Part shown: positions 31,155-41,338 of the stretch, piece after piece
Numbering within the stretch: position 1 is the stretch's first letter
Layout: each line of letters starts with the position of its first letter
NCBI GenBank assembly: GCA_963664875.1
Contig: OY761611.1
Span: forward strand, 1,664,001-1,728,000
DNA length: 64,000 nucleotides
Source: Candidatus Kapaibacterium sp.
GTDB lineage: Bacteria > Bacteroidota > Ignavibacteria > Kapaibacteriales > UBA2268
Direction: 5' to 3'
The notes under the pieces: model-generated
Databases searched by the model: none
What the model was told of the DNA's origin: nothing
What the model saw: only the letters and a program-made list of their open reading frames with translations
Translations under genes and position numbers: made by a program

Positions 31155-32468
31155 TTAGTAAAATATCAGCTGTGTAATTATTAAAATTGGTAATAGCACA
31201 ACTAAAGAAAATTTGAACATATAGGAAAAGAAATCAGGCATTTTAATATCCTGACTCTCTGCAATAGCTTTAACCATAAAGTTAGGACCATTTCCAATAT
31301 AAGTCATTGCACCAAAGAACACTGCAGCAACGCAGATTGCATCTAAGAAAATTTCCGGCACTCCGGCTATCATTGTAGCACCATCTGCTAATGCAGGATT
31401 TTGAGACACAAGTCCAAGTGCTAATGAGTGGAAAGTAACTGCAGTAGGGGCGTTATCCAAAAATCCACTTAATGCTCCTGTCGAATAATAAAATAAGTGT
31501 GCGGAATCTATACCCAAATCTGCTGCATGACCCTGCAGATATTTTAAAGCAGGTACCATAGTAATAAAAATACCTATAAACAAAAATGCTACCTCTTCAA
31601 TAGGTTCCCAGCTGAAATGATTCGCTTCGCGTGTTTCTTTTTTGGTAAGTGTAAGCGATAAGATCATCATTAACACTATCACACCTTCCCTGATAAAAGC
31701 AAGGTAGTGATTGTGATGAATTGCTTCGATCGTATTACCATTGATAAAAGCTACTGAAAGCACAACGCCTGCAAGCCAAAGGAAATTGAGACCACCTCGG
31801 ATTTTAATAGGTCTCTGTTGGTCATGGTCTAATCTCACGGCTTCCGGATCTTCTTTTTTCCAGTAGTAATTGTCAACCGCAAAATAAACTGCAAGCAACA
31901 TACCATTGACAAACAGCCATTTAGGCAGCAAACTCATGAACCAAATAAACTCAGCACCTCGCAGGTACATAAGAAACAATGGAGGATCGCCCAGAGGTGT
32001 AAGCAAACCACCACAGTTAGCTACAATAGCTATAAAGAAAAGAATGGTATGTACTTTGTGTTTTCTTTCTTTGTTTGTGCTTATAAGCGGGCGAATAAGC
32101 AGCATAGCCGCTCCTGTTGTACCCATAAACGACGCAAGCACAGCACCGATCCCAAGTATAGAAGCATTTACCGTTGGTTTTGATTCAATATTACCATCTA
32201 CAAATATGCCACCGGTGATTACAAACAATCCACCGAGCAGTACGATAAAAGGAATATAGTCAAAAACTACCTGATGAATCAGATCATGTGTCATACCGTT
32301 GAAAATCAGCCAAGCACCGGTAGGAATACCTAATCCGAGAGCAATCAATAGCTTGTTTTTGTTGTGTTCCCACCAGTGCCCTGCTACAAGAGGCAATACT
32401 GCTATTGCTCCCAGCATCAACACAAATGGTATTAGCGACCAAAGAGGAATTTGATGTATATGTTCCAT
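31155..32468 (-). CDS. Putative sodium:proton antiporter (ion transporter superfamily)
   Basis: GTTGAAMLLIRP, ANCGGLLTPLGDPPLFL, FLDNAPT, TYIGNGPNFMVK. Confidence 0.85.
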   Translation of the reverse strand: MEHIHQIPLWSLIPFVLMLGAIAVLPLVAGHWWEHNKNKLLIALGLGIPTGAWLIFNGMTHDLIHQVVFDYIPFIVLLGGLFVITGGIFVDGNIESKPTVNASILGIGAVLASFMGTTGAAMLLIRPLISTNKERKHKVHTILFFIAIVANCGGLLTPLGDPPLFLMYLRGAEFIWFMSLLPKWLFVNGMLLAVYFAVDNYYWKKEDPEAVRLDHDQQRPIKIRGGLNFLWLAGVVLSVAFINGNTIEAIHHNHYLAFIREGVIVLMMILSLTLTKKETREANHFSWEPIEEVAFLFIGIFITMVPALKYLQGHAADLGIDSAHLFYYSTGALSGFLDNAPTAVTFHSLALGLVSQNPALADGATMIAGVPEIFLDAICVAAVFFGAMTYIGNGPNFMVKAIAESQDIKMPDFFSYMFKFSLVVLLPILIITQLIFY

Positions 32469-32902
32469 TGCCGAACACACCTTACGTATATTAATAAATT
32501 GATATTTGTCATTTTTGTGGCATGACATTTCAAAAATACCAAATTAAAGCATTATTCACTCCTTAGCAAGTAAAAGAGTATGAAAGAATAGAAATGTTAT
32601 TTCTTTATTCCTCATTCCAGAAACAGCTGAAATTTGTTTTGTTTCCATTAACTGTATATTCGACGTCATATTTGTGTTAATGATAAAAGCTAAAACTTAG
32701 TATTTGTTCTCTATTTGATTTAGATAGGGGTTTTATGTTTTTATAAAAGACGTTTTATTACTTAAACCGAGATTTGTCATTAGAAAAAAGCAAACTCAAT
32801 CTAAAATCTTATTTTCTTAGAGTTATAACATCAATAAAGTTGTTAAATGAGTAAGATTTGCTTACCATTTTTAGGGAAGTTTATACTCACAAGGCATCAA
32901 CT

Positions 32903-32995
32903 ACCCCGCCCTTCGGGCACCCCTTCTTCCCAAGAAGGGGAATCAAAATTCCCCTCTTTTCAAAGAGGGGTGGCACGTCGAAGACGTGACGGGGT
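32903..32995. repeat. REP-like inverted doublet
   Basis: accccgcccttcgggcaccccttct..agaaggggaat followed by the inverted variant attcccctctt..aagaggggtggcacgtcgaagacgtgacggggt; a GC-rich island in AT-rich DNA. Confidence 0.75.
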
Positions 32996-33063
32996 GTTCA
33001 AATGTAGCAGACACTTATGTATAAAATCTACTATTGTCAATTTTCTAATGACATTCTTGGGTT

Positions 33064-33100
33064 AAAGAAAGAGCTTGCCTCGCAACAGAAACAAGCTCTT
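33064..33100 (-). terminator. Terminator after the SPOR gene
   Basis: aagagcttg/caagctctt. Confidence 0.7.
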
Positions 33101-33128
33101 ATACTAATCAATCACTAAGGAAATAAGG

Positions 33129-33983
33129 CTATTTTTTATATATAATCGGGTTGCATTTGCACTGATTAGCTACTATACTTTTAGCAGCTTCTGCTGACTC
33201 TAAGGAAGAATAATCTCCTATGACTACAGCATACATTGCATCTCCGTCAACATCTTTTTCGATTACTTTAGTTATAAGCCCCTGACTCATAAATTTTCTC
33301 ATTTCTGCATTTGCAGCTCCTGTTGTACTATAAATTCCAACCTGCAATCCATATTTACCATTAGATGGCATCTGTGGTTCGGGCTCTATTTCATCTTTGA
33401 GAATTTTAACTTCAGGTTCTTTTTTTACAGGAACAACTATTTCTCTTTTTTCTTCCGGTTCTATTATTTTTACTTTTGGCTTACTCTCAGTTTTTGGAGT
33501 GGTAGCAGCTTGAGCCATCGCTTCAGGATTATAAGTTACTTCCTGCTTTTTTGTTGATTTTTTTGCTAAACCTATAGCAGAGCGAACAACATCAGTAGCA
33601 GGAATTAAAAATTCTGACTTTGGAAATCTTTTTCTGAAGTTATCCAATTCATATTTAGCTTTAGTAGTATCTCCCAATATAGCATGGAACTGAACTATTC
33701 TCCAATAAGCGTCGTCAGCCCATTCACTATTAGGATAAGAATTTACGATTTTCTTGTAAATTTCAAATGCACGGAAAGCATCATCTATGACAACACCATG
33801 CAACAACTGCACACCCGGATCATCAGGATAAGCAGCAAGCAAATCAGGAATTTGAGCTTTTGCGGACTGAACATTGCCGGAAGCTACCAAATTCATAAGC
33901 TCACGCACCTGCTCAGATTGAGCAAACGTGTTATAGGAAACAAGGATAAGATAAATTGCTACAAAAGAAAGTAGGTATCTCAT
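33129..33983 (-). CDS. TPR + SPOR domain protein
   Basis: YPNSEWADDAYWR TPR-like segment; YGLQVGIYS...YAVVIGDYSSLESAE. Confidence 0.87.
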   Translation of the reverse strand: MRYLLSFVAIYLILVSYNTFAQSEQVRELMNLVASGNVQSAKAQIPDLLAAYPDDPGVQLLHGVVIDDAFRAFEIYKKIVNSYPNSEWADDAYWRIVQFHAILGDTTKAKYELDNFRKRFPKSEFLIPATDVVRSAIGLAKKSTKKQEVTYNPEAMAQAATTPKTESKPKVKIIEPEEKREIVVPVKKEPEVKILKDEIEPEPQMPSNGKYGLQVGIYSTTGAANAEMRKFMSQGLITKVIEKDVDGDAMYAVVIGDYSSLESAEAAKSIVANQCKCNPIIYKK

Positions 33984-34235
33984 TGCAATCCCCCCAGATC
34001 GAAATTAGAATGTATTTTTGTCTCTTTATGCTAAAGCTAAATATAAGAAAAAAAGATTACAAGCAATAATAAATTTATAATGAACTGCATTTTTTCTTTT
34101 AGGAGTGTATATCAATCAGAATTATTTAGTAGTTCTTAGTCTTTTCTTACACTTTGTATATGCAGCATTGTCATTTAGGCATTCATCTGCTTATTTACTA
34201 ATTTTGTAAATTATATATACTATCAGGCATTTACA

Positions 34236-34862
34236 ATGAAAAACGTCAATCTTATAAACCATCCTCTCGCCTTGCACGATTTATCCTTGTTGAGAGACAA
34301 AAATCTGCATTTTGAGCATTTCAAAGCAATTTTAAAAAGAATTTCGACTCTTATTGCTTATCAGGCAACTTCGGATCTACCGGTACGAAATTATGAGCTC
34401 GAAACCCCATTAGAAAGAACAACCGGACAGGCTATTGATTCAGACATTATTGCTACCCCTATATTAAGAGCAGGCCTTGGTATGCTTGATGGCTTCCTGC
34501 AGGCAGTTCCTTATGCAAAAACGGCTTTGATAGGCATGAAAAGAGACGAAGAGACTTTTGAGGGCATTCAGTATCTATACTCCCTTCCTGAAACAAATGA
34601 AAAAAGCATTTTCTTTGTACTTGATGTGATGCTTGCTACCGGAGTATCTCTATCAGAATCATTACATAAGCTACAAAACGAAAAGCATAAAGAGATTAGA
34701 ATCCTCAATGTATTGGCTACGCCTGAAGGTATCGAAAGGATAAGCAATGAATTCCCAAATGTACAAATATATACTGTCAGCATAGACAGAGAATTAAATG
34801 ATAAAAAATATATTCTGCCCGGGCTCGGAGATGCGGGTGATAGGATTTTTGGTACACTTTAA
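34236..34862 (+). CDS. upp: Uracil phosphoribosyltransferase
   Basis: PILRAGLGM, RDEET, DVMLATG, YILPGLGDAGDR. Confidence 0.96.
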   Translation: MKNVNLINHPLALHDLSLLRDKNLHFEHFKAILKRISTLIAYQATSDLPVRNYELETPLERTTGQAIDSDIIATPILRAGLGMLDGFLQAVPYAKTALIGMKRDEETFEGIQYLYSLPETNEKSIFFVLDVMLATGVSLSESLHKLQNEKHKEIRILNVLATPEGIERISNEFPNVQIYTVSIDRELNDKKYILPGLGDAGDRIFGTL

Positions 34863-34989
34863 CAATTTCTCTTAAGTACGGATTTTTTTGGATACATCAT
34901 ATATTTATTTGCTACTTTTCCTACTTAATATTATCTTGATATTACCGATAATTACATGTATAAGTAATCAATATTTCGGCAAATATTAA

Positions 34990-35718
34990 ATGAGTAAAAT
35001 ATTTACGACATTCATAATGCTTTTCATCTCAGTTTTGGTTTTTGCTCAGCAAATACCAAATAGGATTGTTATTAATAACTCAAACATCAAAACTGCTGCA
35101 GTAAGACTAATAAACAAATCACCATATATCACTTTGCCTGAAGCTGCCCGAATTATCTCATATAAAGTAAACGGCTCAACACAAATGCAAAGCGGCAACA
35201 CAATTATCAAAATTGCTCCCGGATCATTTTTTGTAGTAATAGAATCATCCGAAAAAATGAAAATTGCTCAAATGCTCCAGCCGGTGATTATTGTTGATAA
35301 TACTCTATACATCCCCTATTTAAGTTTCATGACTTCACTTGAAACATTAGGGCTTTACTCCGTATCTCAAACCAAAAAAGAAATCTTACTTACAGAAAAC
35401 ACGACAGCAACTCCAACTTTAAAAGAAGACATCCCGCAGCACATAATGGCTGAAAAAAAAGTTGAAGAGAAAGAAACCACAGAAAACAATAAACCTAAAG
35501 AAGTCAAGAACTCAAAAGTTGCTGAAACCCCTCAGGAACCGGATGATTTTTTCAAAGCTTTCGCTCAAACATCTAAAATCATGCGAAAAAGTCTCCAATA
35601 TCTAAATCCGGACACTACAGAAAAAAGAGAAGTAAAACCCGCAACAAGCGAGCAAACTCCGCCCAACAGATATGTCATTCCTAAAAAACTAAAGCGCTCA
35701 GCATTGGGCGAAAAGTAA
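34990..35718 (+). CDS. Hypothetical exported protein
   Basis: Signal peptide, globular N-terminal domain, low-complexity tail. Confidence 0.7.
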   Translation: MSKIFTTFIMLFISVLVFAQQIPNRIVINNSNIKTAAVRLINKSPYITLPEAARIISYKVNGSTQMQSGNTIIKIAPGSFFVVIESSEKMKIAQMLQPVIIVDNTLYIPYLSFMTSLETLGLYSVSQTKKEILLTENTTATPTLKEDIPQHIMAEKKVEEKETTENNKPKEVKNSKVAETPQEPDDFFKAFAQTSKIMRKSLQYLNPDTTEKREVKPATSEQTPPNRYVIPKKLKRSALGEK

Positions 35719-36011
35719 GAAGTGAAAACTAAACAGTAGCCTAATTATAGCATTAGCAGATGCTTTTCATTCGTCTAAGGACTATTTTTTACGTAAAACC
35801 AAAGTCCTCTTCGGATAAGTGGTTTTATATATTGAATTTACACTTTTATTGGCATAGAGTTTACAAATACATTCTTTAGATTAAAAAGACTGACAATTCG
35901 ATAAAGGGATTGAGTGAATGTTTTATTTTTTGCCAAAAGCCATTTCTATCCTATCGTTAGTTATGGCTTTTTTGATTTGTGAAAAGTGTTCGGAACAGAT
36001 ACAAATAAAAA

Positions 36012-36054
36012 AGTGTTGACAATGCAATATAAATTTAGTATAATTGTCAACACT
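36012..36054 (+). promoter_or_regulatory. Consensus sigma70-type promoter overlapped by a 12-bp inverted-repeat operator
   Basis: TTGACA 36016-21, 17-nt spacer, TATAAT 36039-44; agtgttgacaat (36012-23) / attgtcaacact (36043-54). Confidence 0.85.
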
Positions 36055-36069
36055 AAAAAGGGAAAAAAT

Positions 36070-37125
36070 ATGTCTCAGGTGTTTGCACATAAACTTGCTT
36101 CTGCTAGAAAGTTATCCGGCTTATCTTTAAGAGAACTCGCCAATAAATTAGATAATTCTCTTACTGCGCAGGCTATTAGTTTGTATGAAAAAGGTAAACG
36201 AATGCCTGACAGTAGCATCGTTATTGCATTAGCAGAAGCACTTCGTGTTCCTGTGGACTACTTCTTTCGTGAAAACAAAATACAACTTGGTGAAGTAGAT
36301 TTTCGCAAAAAATCGAAATTGAACAATAAAAAGATTGTACAAATCAAAGAGTTTGCATTAGATTATTTGGGAAGATATTTTGAAATAGAAAATATTCTCA
36401 ATAAAAACATTCCTTTTCATAATCCTATTACCTGCTGTAATAAAATTTCTACACACAATAGTATCGAAATTGCTGCAAATCATTTAAGAAAAGAATGGAA
36501 TTTAGGAATTAACCCAATTCCTAATATTATTGAGATGTTAGAAGAAAGAGGCATAAAACTTATAGAAATCGACTCAGTCGAAGAATTTGACGGCTTTTCT
36601 ACTTATGTCCAAAATATTCCTATCATTGTAATCAATCAAAATATAGATACTGTTAGGAAGAGATTCACTATCTTACATGAGTTAGCTCATCTGCTACTGA
36701 ATTTTGACAGTAGCTTATCAGAAAAAGAAATTGAAAGATATTGTCATAGTTTTGCCGGAGCATTTTTATTACCGGAGGAAGCAATATCTCGATACTTTTC
36801 TAAGAGCAGAAGCAAATTTGCCATAGAAGAACTAATTGAAATAAAAGAGTACTTCGGTATATCTGTGCAGGCAATAGTTTACAGACTATTCAATTTAGAT
36901 TATATCTCGGATAGAAGCCTGAAAGAATTTTTCATCAATCTTAGGAAAAACAGACTCCAAGATGAGAAAGATTGGGGAAGCTATAAAGGAGAAGAAAGTA
37001 GTAGCCGATTTGAAAGATTAGTCTATATGGCAGTAAGTGAAGAAATAATCTCGCTTAGTATGGCAGCACAACTTTTAAATCGAGACCTCGAAAGTTTTAG
37101 AAATAGTCTAAAGCTTATCTCATGA
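36070..37125 (+). CDS. XRE-family HTH fused to an ImmA/IrrE metallo-endopeptidase
   Basis: ARKLSGLSLRELA...ISLYEKGKRMP HTH; RFTILHELAH; EIERYCHSFAGAFLLP. Confidence 0.93.
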   Translation: MSQVFAHKLASARKLSGLSLRELANKLDNSLTAQAISLYEKGKRMPDSSIVIALAEALRVPVDYFFRENKIQLGEVDFRKKSKLNNKKIVQIKEFALDYLGRYFEIENILNKNIPFHNPITCCNKISTHNSIEIAANHLRKEWNLGINPIPNIIEMLEERGIKLIEIDSVEEFDGFSTYVQNIPIIVINQNIDTVRKRFTILHELAHLLLNFDSSLSEKEIERYCHSFAGAFLLPEEAISRYFSKSRSKFAIEELIEIKEYFGISVQAIVYRLFNLDYISDRSLKEFFINLRKNRLQDEKDWGSYKGEESSSRFERLVYMAVSEEIISLSMAAQLLNRDLESFRNSLKLIS

Positions 37126-37616
37126 AAATAGCGATAAAAGATGCCAACATATTCTTCGATTTGCTTGAAATGGATTTGATTGATGAGTTTTTGAGTCTTA
37201 ATTATAGCTTTCTAACGAGCAATTTTGTTCAATCAGAGATAAAATCTGAAAAAGCAAAATCAAAGTTTCAGTCCATCACTCAAAAGGGTCTAATCAAGAT
37301 AGAATCGCTTTCTTTTGAGGAAATGACAGAAGCCTACAAGCTAAAAGAACTAAAAGCAGGTCTATCAATGCCTGATTGTTCTGTTATTTATCTCGCACAA
37401 AAACATGACGCTATGCTACTTTCAGGCGACAAGCCTGTAAGGTTAGCAGCGAAAAGCGTAGGAATTGAGTACCATGGTGTCCTTTGGGCTTTAGATGAGA
37501 TGATTGAGCAAAGTATTATTCCTAAAAAGACTGCTAAGATTAAGCTACAGCAACTTATGTTGACTAATGATCGATTGCCTAAGTCTGAATGTAAAAAAAG
37601 ATTAGAAAGATGGTAA
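37122..37616 (+). CDS. PIN-domain protein, putative toxin
   Basis: IKDANIFFD, LSMPDCSV, LLSGDKPVR, YHGVLW; ATGA overlap with the upstream gene. Confidence 0.85.
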   Translation: MKIAIKDANIFFDLLEMDLIDEFLSLNYSFLTSNFVQSEIKSEKAKSKFQSITQKGLIKIESLSFEEMTEAYKLKELKAGLSMPDCSVIYLAQKHDAMLLSGDKPVRLAAKSVGIEYHGVLWALDEMIEQSIIPKKTAKIKLQQLMLTNDRLPKSECKKRLERW

Positions 37617-37754
37617 AGCTCTCCCCCAAAAATTACTCCACCACCTCAAATGTTTGTTTTTCTTAGCCTAATTTCCTAATTTACACTTTATATAGCCCTC
37701 TTTATAACAGGGCTAATTTAAGTTACTTATTCCTTCACATTAGTGAGCTTGGAA

Positions 37755-38126
37755 ATGTCACATTTGATACCTAAAGAAATAAATAGACCTAAGCCGTATG
37801 TCCTATATGCTTCTTGGACTGACGGTTTTGAAAGTATGATTTCCCTTGCGGATTTCAGAGAAGAATGCCCCTGCGCCGAGTGCAAAGGCGAATCTATGAA
37901 AGGGCTTAACGGGCAGGTGCTGCACTTCCCCGGCATGAAACAGTTTAAAGCAGGCATGAACGAACTAAATAAGTTAGAGCCTGTCGGGAATTATGCTGTT
38001 ACTGCCGTATGGGGCGACGGACACGATTCCGGCATCTATACTTGGGAGATTTTCAGAAAGATTTTTGAGAAACACAAACTAACTCCCGAAAAACTTGTCG
38101 AATTAGACCGTAAAATGTCAAAATAA
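37755..38126 (+). CDS. DUF971 (GBBH-like N-terminal domain) protein
   Basis: CPCAEC, VGNYAV..WGDGHDSGIYTW. Confidence 0.92.
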   Translation: MSHLIPKEINRPKPYVLYASWTDGFESMISLADFREECPCAECKGESMKGLNGQVLHFPGMKQFKAGMNELNKLEPVGNYAVTAVWGDGHDSGIYTWEIFRKIFEKHKLTPEKLVELDRKMSK

Positions 38127-38152
38127 AATATATTAAAATTTGAGGTAATACA

Positions 38153-40177
38153 ATGACTTTACAGGATTTTCAGGACGCAATCAGACAGGGTATTCCTGAT
38201 GTTTTGCCTGCTGCAAAAACTTATGAGCCGGAAATAAACCACGCTCCTAAAAGAAAAGATATTTTATCCGACGACGAGAAAAAGCTCGCTCTCAAAAATG
38301 CTTTGAGATATTTCGACCCTAAACATCACGAAGAGCTTTCTAAAGAATTTTTGCAAGAGCTTAAAGATTACGGCAGAATTTATATGTATAGATTTCGCCC
38401 TGATTATAAAATTTATGCTCGCTCTATAAATGATTTCCCTCATAACTCTAAGCAAGCTGCAGGCATCATGCTTATGCTTAGCAATAACTTAGATTATGCT
38501 GTTGCTCAGCACCCTCACGAGCTTATTACTTATGGTGGAAATGGCGCAGTATTCCAAAACTGGGCGCAATACCTTCTAACTATGAAGTATCTTTCTGAAA
38601 TGACTGATGAACAAACTCTTGTTATGTACTCTGGCCATCCGATGGGCTTATACCCATCTCACAAAGATGCTCCAAGAGTCGTTGTTACTAATGGTATGGT
38701 TATCCCTAACTACTCTAAGCCTGATGATTGGGAAAAATTCAATGCCTTAGGTGTATCTCAATATGGTCAGATGACTGCAGGTTCTTTCATGTACATTGGC
38801 CCACAAGGTATTGTGCATGGAACAACTATTACATTGCTTAATGCAGGTAGAAAATTCTCCAAAGGCGGAAGCGGTCTTGCAGGCAAACTTTACGTTACAG
38901 CAGGTCTTGGCGGTATGTCAGGTGCTCAGCCTAAAGCAGCAGTTATTGCAGGTTCTGTAAGTATTTGTGCTGAAATAAATCCTAAACCTGCTAAAACTCG
39001 ACATGAGCAAGGCTGGGTAGATGAAATATTTGACGATGTTGACAAAGTAATCGACAGAGCTTTGGAAGCAAAAGCGAACAAAGAAGCTGTCTCTCTTGCA
39101 TTCATCGGTAATATAGTAGATCTTTGGGAACGCATTGTCGAAAGAGATATTGAAGTTGAATTAGGTTCTGACCAAACTTCTCTTCATAACCCTTGGGCAG
39201 GCGGTTATTATCCTGCAGGCTTCAGCTATGAAGAGTCAAATAAAATGATGAGAGACGAACCTGAAAAATTCAAAGAAGAAGTTCAGAAAACTCTTCGTCG
39301 TCACGTTGCTGCTGTAAACAAAATGGCTGAAAAAGGTATGTATTTCTGGGACTACGGCAACGCTTTCCTTCTTGAAGCAAGTAGAGCAGGTGCTGACGTA
39401 ATGAAACCGGGCACAAACAGATTCAAATATCCTTCTTATGTAGAAGATATTATGGGACCAATGTGTTTCGATTATGGTTTTGGTCCTTTCCGTTGGGTAT
39501 GCTCAAGTTCAGATCCTAAAGATTTGGAAATGACTGACAAAATCGCAACAGAAGTATTAGAAGAAATGATGAAAACTGCTCCTGACGAAATCAAACAGCA
39601 AATGGATGACAACATCCGCTGGATCAAAGAAGCAGGTAAAAATAAAATGGTTGTTGGCTCTCAGGCACGCATCCTTTATGCAGATGCTGAAGGTCGTATC
39701 AACATAGCAAAAGCCTTTAACGATGCTATCAAAGCAGGTAAAATCTCTGAGCCTGTTATATTAGGTAGAGATCACCACGACGTTTCAGGTACGGACTCTC
39801 CTTTCCGCGAAACTTCTAACATTTATGATGGCTCAAGCTTCACTGCTGACATGGCTATTCATAATGTTATAGGCGACTCATTCCGCGGTGCTACTTGGGT
39901 TTCTATCCATAATGGCGGTGGCGTTGGCTGGGGCGAAGTTATCAACGGCGGTTTTGGTATGATGCTTGACGGCAGCGAAGATGCAGAACGCAGATTGAAA
40001 ATGATGCTTCACTGGGACGTTAATAACGGCATCTCAAGAAGAAGTTGGGCACGCAATGAAGAAGCAATCTTTGCTATCAAGCGTGCAATGGAAGCAGAAC
40101 CAAGACTTAAAGTTACTCTTCCGAACATCGCAGACGATAATGTGATCAACGCAGCTTTTGATAAGATTTTTAAGTAA
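38153..40177 (+). CDS. hutU: Urocanate hydratase (long form)
   Basis: YGQMTAGS, GLGGMSGAQPKA, SDQTSLHN, GRDHHDVSG, HNGGGVG. Confidence 0.97.
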   Translation: MTLQDFQDAIRQGIPDVLPAAKTYEPEINHAPKRKDILSDDEKKLALKNALRYFDPKHHEELSKEFLQELKDYGRIYMYRFRPDYKIYARSINDFPHNSKQAAGIMLMLSNNLDYAVAQHPHELITYGGNGAVFQNWAQYLLTMKYLSEMTDEQTLVMYSGHPMGLYPSHKDAPRVVVTNGMVIPNYSKPDDWEKFNALGVSQYGQMTAGSFMYIGPQGIVHGTTITLLNAGRKFSKGGSGLAGKLYVTAGLGGMSGAQPKAAVIAGSVSICAEINPKPAKTRHEQGWVDEIFDDVDKVIDRALEAKANKEAVSLAFIGNIVDLWERIVERDIEVELGSDQTSLHNPWAGGYYPAGFSYEESNKMMRDEPEKFKEEVQKTLRRHVAAVNKMAEKGMYFWDYGNAFLLEASRAGADVMKPGTNRFKYPSYVEDIMGPMCFDYGFGPFRWVCSSSDPKDLEMTDKIATEVLEEMMKTAPDEIKQQMDDNIRWIKEAGKNKMVVGSQARILYADAEGRINIAKAFNDAIKAGKISEPVILGRDHHDVSGTDSPFRETSNIYDGSSFTADMAIHNVIGDSFRGATWVSIHNGGGVGWGEVINGGFGMMLDGSEDAERRLKMMLHWDVNNGISRRSWARNEEAIFAIKRAMEAEPRLKVTLPNIADDNVINAAFDKIFK

Positions 40178-40179
40178 GA

Positions 40180-40217
40180 TTATCTCAACCGAGGAGTTAA
40201 CCCCGCGGTTGAGATAA
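40180..40217. repeat. Palindrome between convergent genes (REP-like or terminator)
   Basis: ttatctcaaccg/cggttgagataa around a g-ttaa-cccc core. Confidence 0.65.
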
Positions 40218-40286
40218 AACTTTGTGGCTATACCCAAGATGGTTCAAGCCTATACATTCGAGAAGGGAGCTCAGAGATGAGTTCCC

Positions 40287-41006
40287 TTATTTTTTTGAAT
40301 TGAAGTTGAATTTCCCGAAGAAACTGCTAATATCAAAATAAACCTTCTCAATTTCATACTCATTTTCTTTGACTGACATAACATCATAAGGCTTTTTATC
40401 TTCTGATACCAATGCCTGTTTTGTAAATTGTAAACCCAGTACTTTAAGGATTTCATACTCATCTCTAACGCACATAACTTTGAATGCTGTTTTGGCTGAT
40501 AATCCATCGCCGGAGCTTACAATTACATCAATCAATCGGTTGAATTTATACAACCACTTTTTACTTTCATCAATATTTCCTGCTCTTTTGCTTGCTATAT
40601 AGCAGAAAAAAATATTATCGATAGAAAAAGGTGCAATTTTTGAGATGTTTTTTCCAATTTCATACGCCTTAGCCCAGTCCTCTTGGCTTGGCTCGTCACT
40701 GTTTAAAATTTCTTCTATCTGAGAGGTCTCGTCTGATGTCCTTGCTCCATAACCAGAGTAACCTTCCTGGTCTTCCTGGCCATAATAAAGAGCGTTATAA
40801 TCTGATAATGCCAAAGTCGTATCGTTTTGCTCGTATCTACTAAGCAGCTGATTATATTCTTCCTGGCTCACTTTTCTGGGGATAAATCCTTCACCGGCGT
40901 TAGCCGAAGTTTCAGAAGAGATATTCCTTTTTTGTTGCTCTTTTACAGTAGAGCAAGCTGTAAATAGTGCAAATGACATGACTAATAAGAACAAAATTTT
41001 TCTCAT
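40287..41006 (-). CDS. DUF4919-like lipoprotein
   Basis: Lipobox FTAC; LYYG; SSGDGLSAKTAFKVMCVRDEY; YFDIS. Confidence 0.8.
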   Translation of the reverse strand: MRKILFLLVMSFALFTACSTVKEQQKRNISSETSANAGEGFIPRKVSQEEYNQLLSRYEQNDTTLALSDYNALYYGQEDQEGYSGYGARTSDETSQIEEILNSDEPSQEDWAKAYEIGKNISKIAPFSIDNIFFCYIASKRAGNIDESKKWLYKFNRLIDVIVSSGDGLSAKTAFKVMCVRDEYEILKVLGLQFTKQALVSEDKKPYDVMSVKENEYEIEKVYFDISSFFGKFNFNSKK

Positions 41007-41338
41007 GATTTTTCCTTTTAGTGAATAACTACTTATTATAATTTAGTTATTTATATTCAATTTGCCAAATGTTAAGTGATTTATTGTACCTTTAATTCAA
41101 TTTTTCCCAACTTATCAATTTATTATAAATTCCCTATGAACCAAATTTTTGCAGCTGTGTATTCAATTAATGTGCGGCGGCAAATCATACCTCTGTCGCA
41201 TATTTCAAAGGGGCTTAACTACACATATTCTTTCATTTTATCGGATTCCGCCTTTCGGGAGGTGTAAGCGCAATCCGGGGATTTGATTAATAACAATATC
41301 ACATATTTTGATTCCAAATTATTATCATAAAATTAAAA

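Noticed and set aside
32847-33065. 72-aa ORF, and likewise 41354-41566
   Set aside because: These are translations of REP palindromes.
35986-36069. N-terminal extension of the XRE protein from GTG 35986
   Set aside because: It runs through the promoter/operator; ATG 36070 fits the start of the HTH domain.
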